From Chrysemys picta bellii (Eukaryota): DNA of 64,000 nt. The stretch lies in the NCBI RefSeq assembly GCF_011386835.1, contig NC_088798.1:25358001-25422000 (forward strand). Direction: 5' to 3'. The notes below the pieces were generated by a model. It did not search any database and was not told where the DNA came from. It saw only the letters and a program-made list of their open reading frames with translations. Within the stretch, counting starts at the first letter, position 1. Every line of letters starts with the position of its first letter. Made by a program: the position numbers and the translations under genes. Positions 62,821 through 64,000 of this stretch are shown one piece after another.

Positions 62821-63677
62821 AAACTGCACAGTCCAAAACTTAGTCCTGTGTTCAAGGTCACCCCCAGGATATTTCAAGTTCCTCTCAATCATATGGCAAT
62901 ACGTTCTCCATCCAATGTCAGTTTTAGACTGTAGTTGAATGTCCTGTGATTAGTGGTAAAATAGGTGGAATTTATTTTTGCTGGATTCAGCTGGAATTTA
63001 TGTTCCTTTGCCCATCTAATTACAATTTCCAAGTCCTCATTCAATCATTTTCCAATACCTCTATTTCATAACCAGTGATGAAGCACAATAACACCTGCAT
63101 ACATGTACACAGTTTATTTCAAGCCACCTGACAGTCCAGAGGAGTATAGTAGGAAAAGAAGAAAACTTCAAACTGAGTCCTGAGGAACTCCCACCCTGAG
63201 TGGCCTAGTCTCTGAAAAAGTACCATTTAATCTTTTTTATTTTCCTATATGGTAGGAAATCTCTTATCTAAAGGTACATTTTTACCACAGATCCCCATCT
63301 CACTGAGTTTCACTAAGAGCTTATCATGTCAAACCTATCAAATGCCGTACTGAGATCCAAAAAGACTCCTATTGATGACTGGTGGCTTTTGTTGGAATCC
63401 ATCAATAATAGTCTGACAGAAGGCCAACTTTAAGTCCATAGTTGAATGCAAGAGCCTGTATGCCTTTGGGTAGGTTCTATTTTCTTTTCTTTTAAAAGCC
63501 ACCACAGAAGCTTTGTTTGAATCATTCTTTCCATTGTCTTTCAAAGGTGACTTGAAGATTCAGGCTGATAGTGGCCCGGAGAAGTGGCATCCTTGCCAGT
63601 CTTAAGAAGTGGGACAATAACTGCTAACTTTCACCATTTAGGTATCTTCCCTTTTAGCCATGATTTGTTTATGATGT

Positions 63678-64000
63678 TGTGATGGAAGGCACCCCTGTAT
63701 TCACACCCTACACACTACTGTAATAATCTTTGTACAAGGCATGCCTTGAGACGTATCATTTGAAAACTCATAACTTGCTGATCAGTAATACCATGGTAAA
63801 ATGCATGTAGGAACATTATATGTAAAGTTATGAACATGGGCTTAAATCATGACTGGCGTGTGTTTCCCAGATAAGTCTGGGGAATGGCTCAGTTTCTCCA
63901 AGACAATGGCTCAGTTTCTCCAAAGGGCAAACTGATGCCTCAACCAGGTGTCAACAAAGCTGATGAGCCATTACCTATCAAGTGGCCATTCTTTGGCAAG
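63678..64000 (+). mobile_element. LTR 5' portion running off the window end
   Basis: TGTGATGG start; CTTTGTACAAGGCATGCCTTG...TTTGAAAACTCATAA and CTGATGCCTCAACCAGGTGTCAACAAA...AAGTGGCCATTCTTTGGCA are shared with the 44390 LTR. Confidence 0.8.

Noticed and set aside
1-64000. CRISPR arrays, operons or other prokaryotic systems
   Set aside because: No regularly spaced repeat-spacer arrays, and low coding density. The sequence is vertebrate non-coding DNA.

Overview
AT-rich vertebrate genomic DNA, almost certainly from a turtle: it carries three copies of the tortoise/turtle tRNA-headed, CR1-tailed SINE and repeat types typical of turtles. I could not identify any host protein-coding exon, so the window looks intronic or intergenic. 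It is densely filled with layered transposons: hAT MITEs with exact 8-bp target-site duplications (TSDs), PIF/Harbinger MITEs, a Tigger, solo LTRs, Penelope, CR1 and L2 fragments, MIR, LF-SINE and AmnSINE1. The standout is a full-length ~2.5-kb Chapaev3-type (CMC superfamily) DNA transposon at 17157-19700. It has CACTG...CAGTG ends, a TTA TSD, long imperfect subterminal inverted repeats and an uninterrupted 562-aa transposase ORF, whose second catalytic Asp and His pair appear mutated. The second notable structure is a TSD-flanked hAT element built from two inverted copies of the transposase 3' end (48119-49899). All repeat family names come from my recall of consensus sequences, not from database searches.
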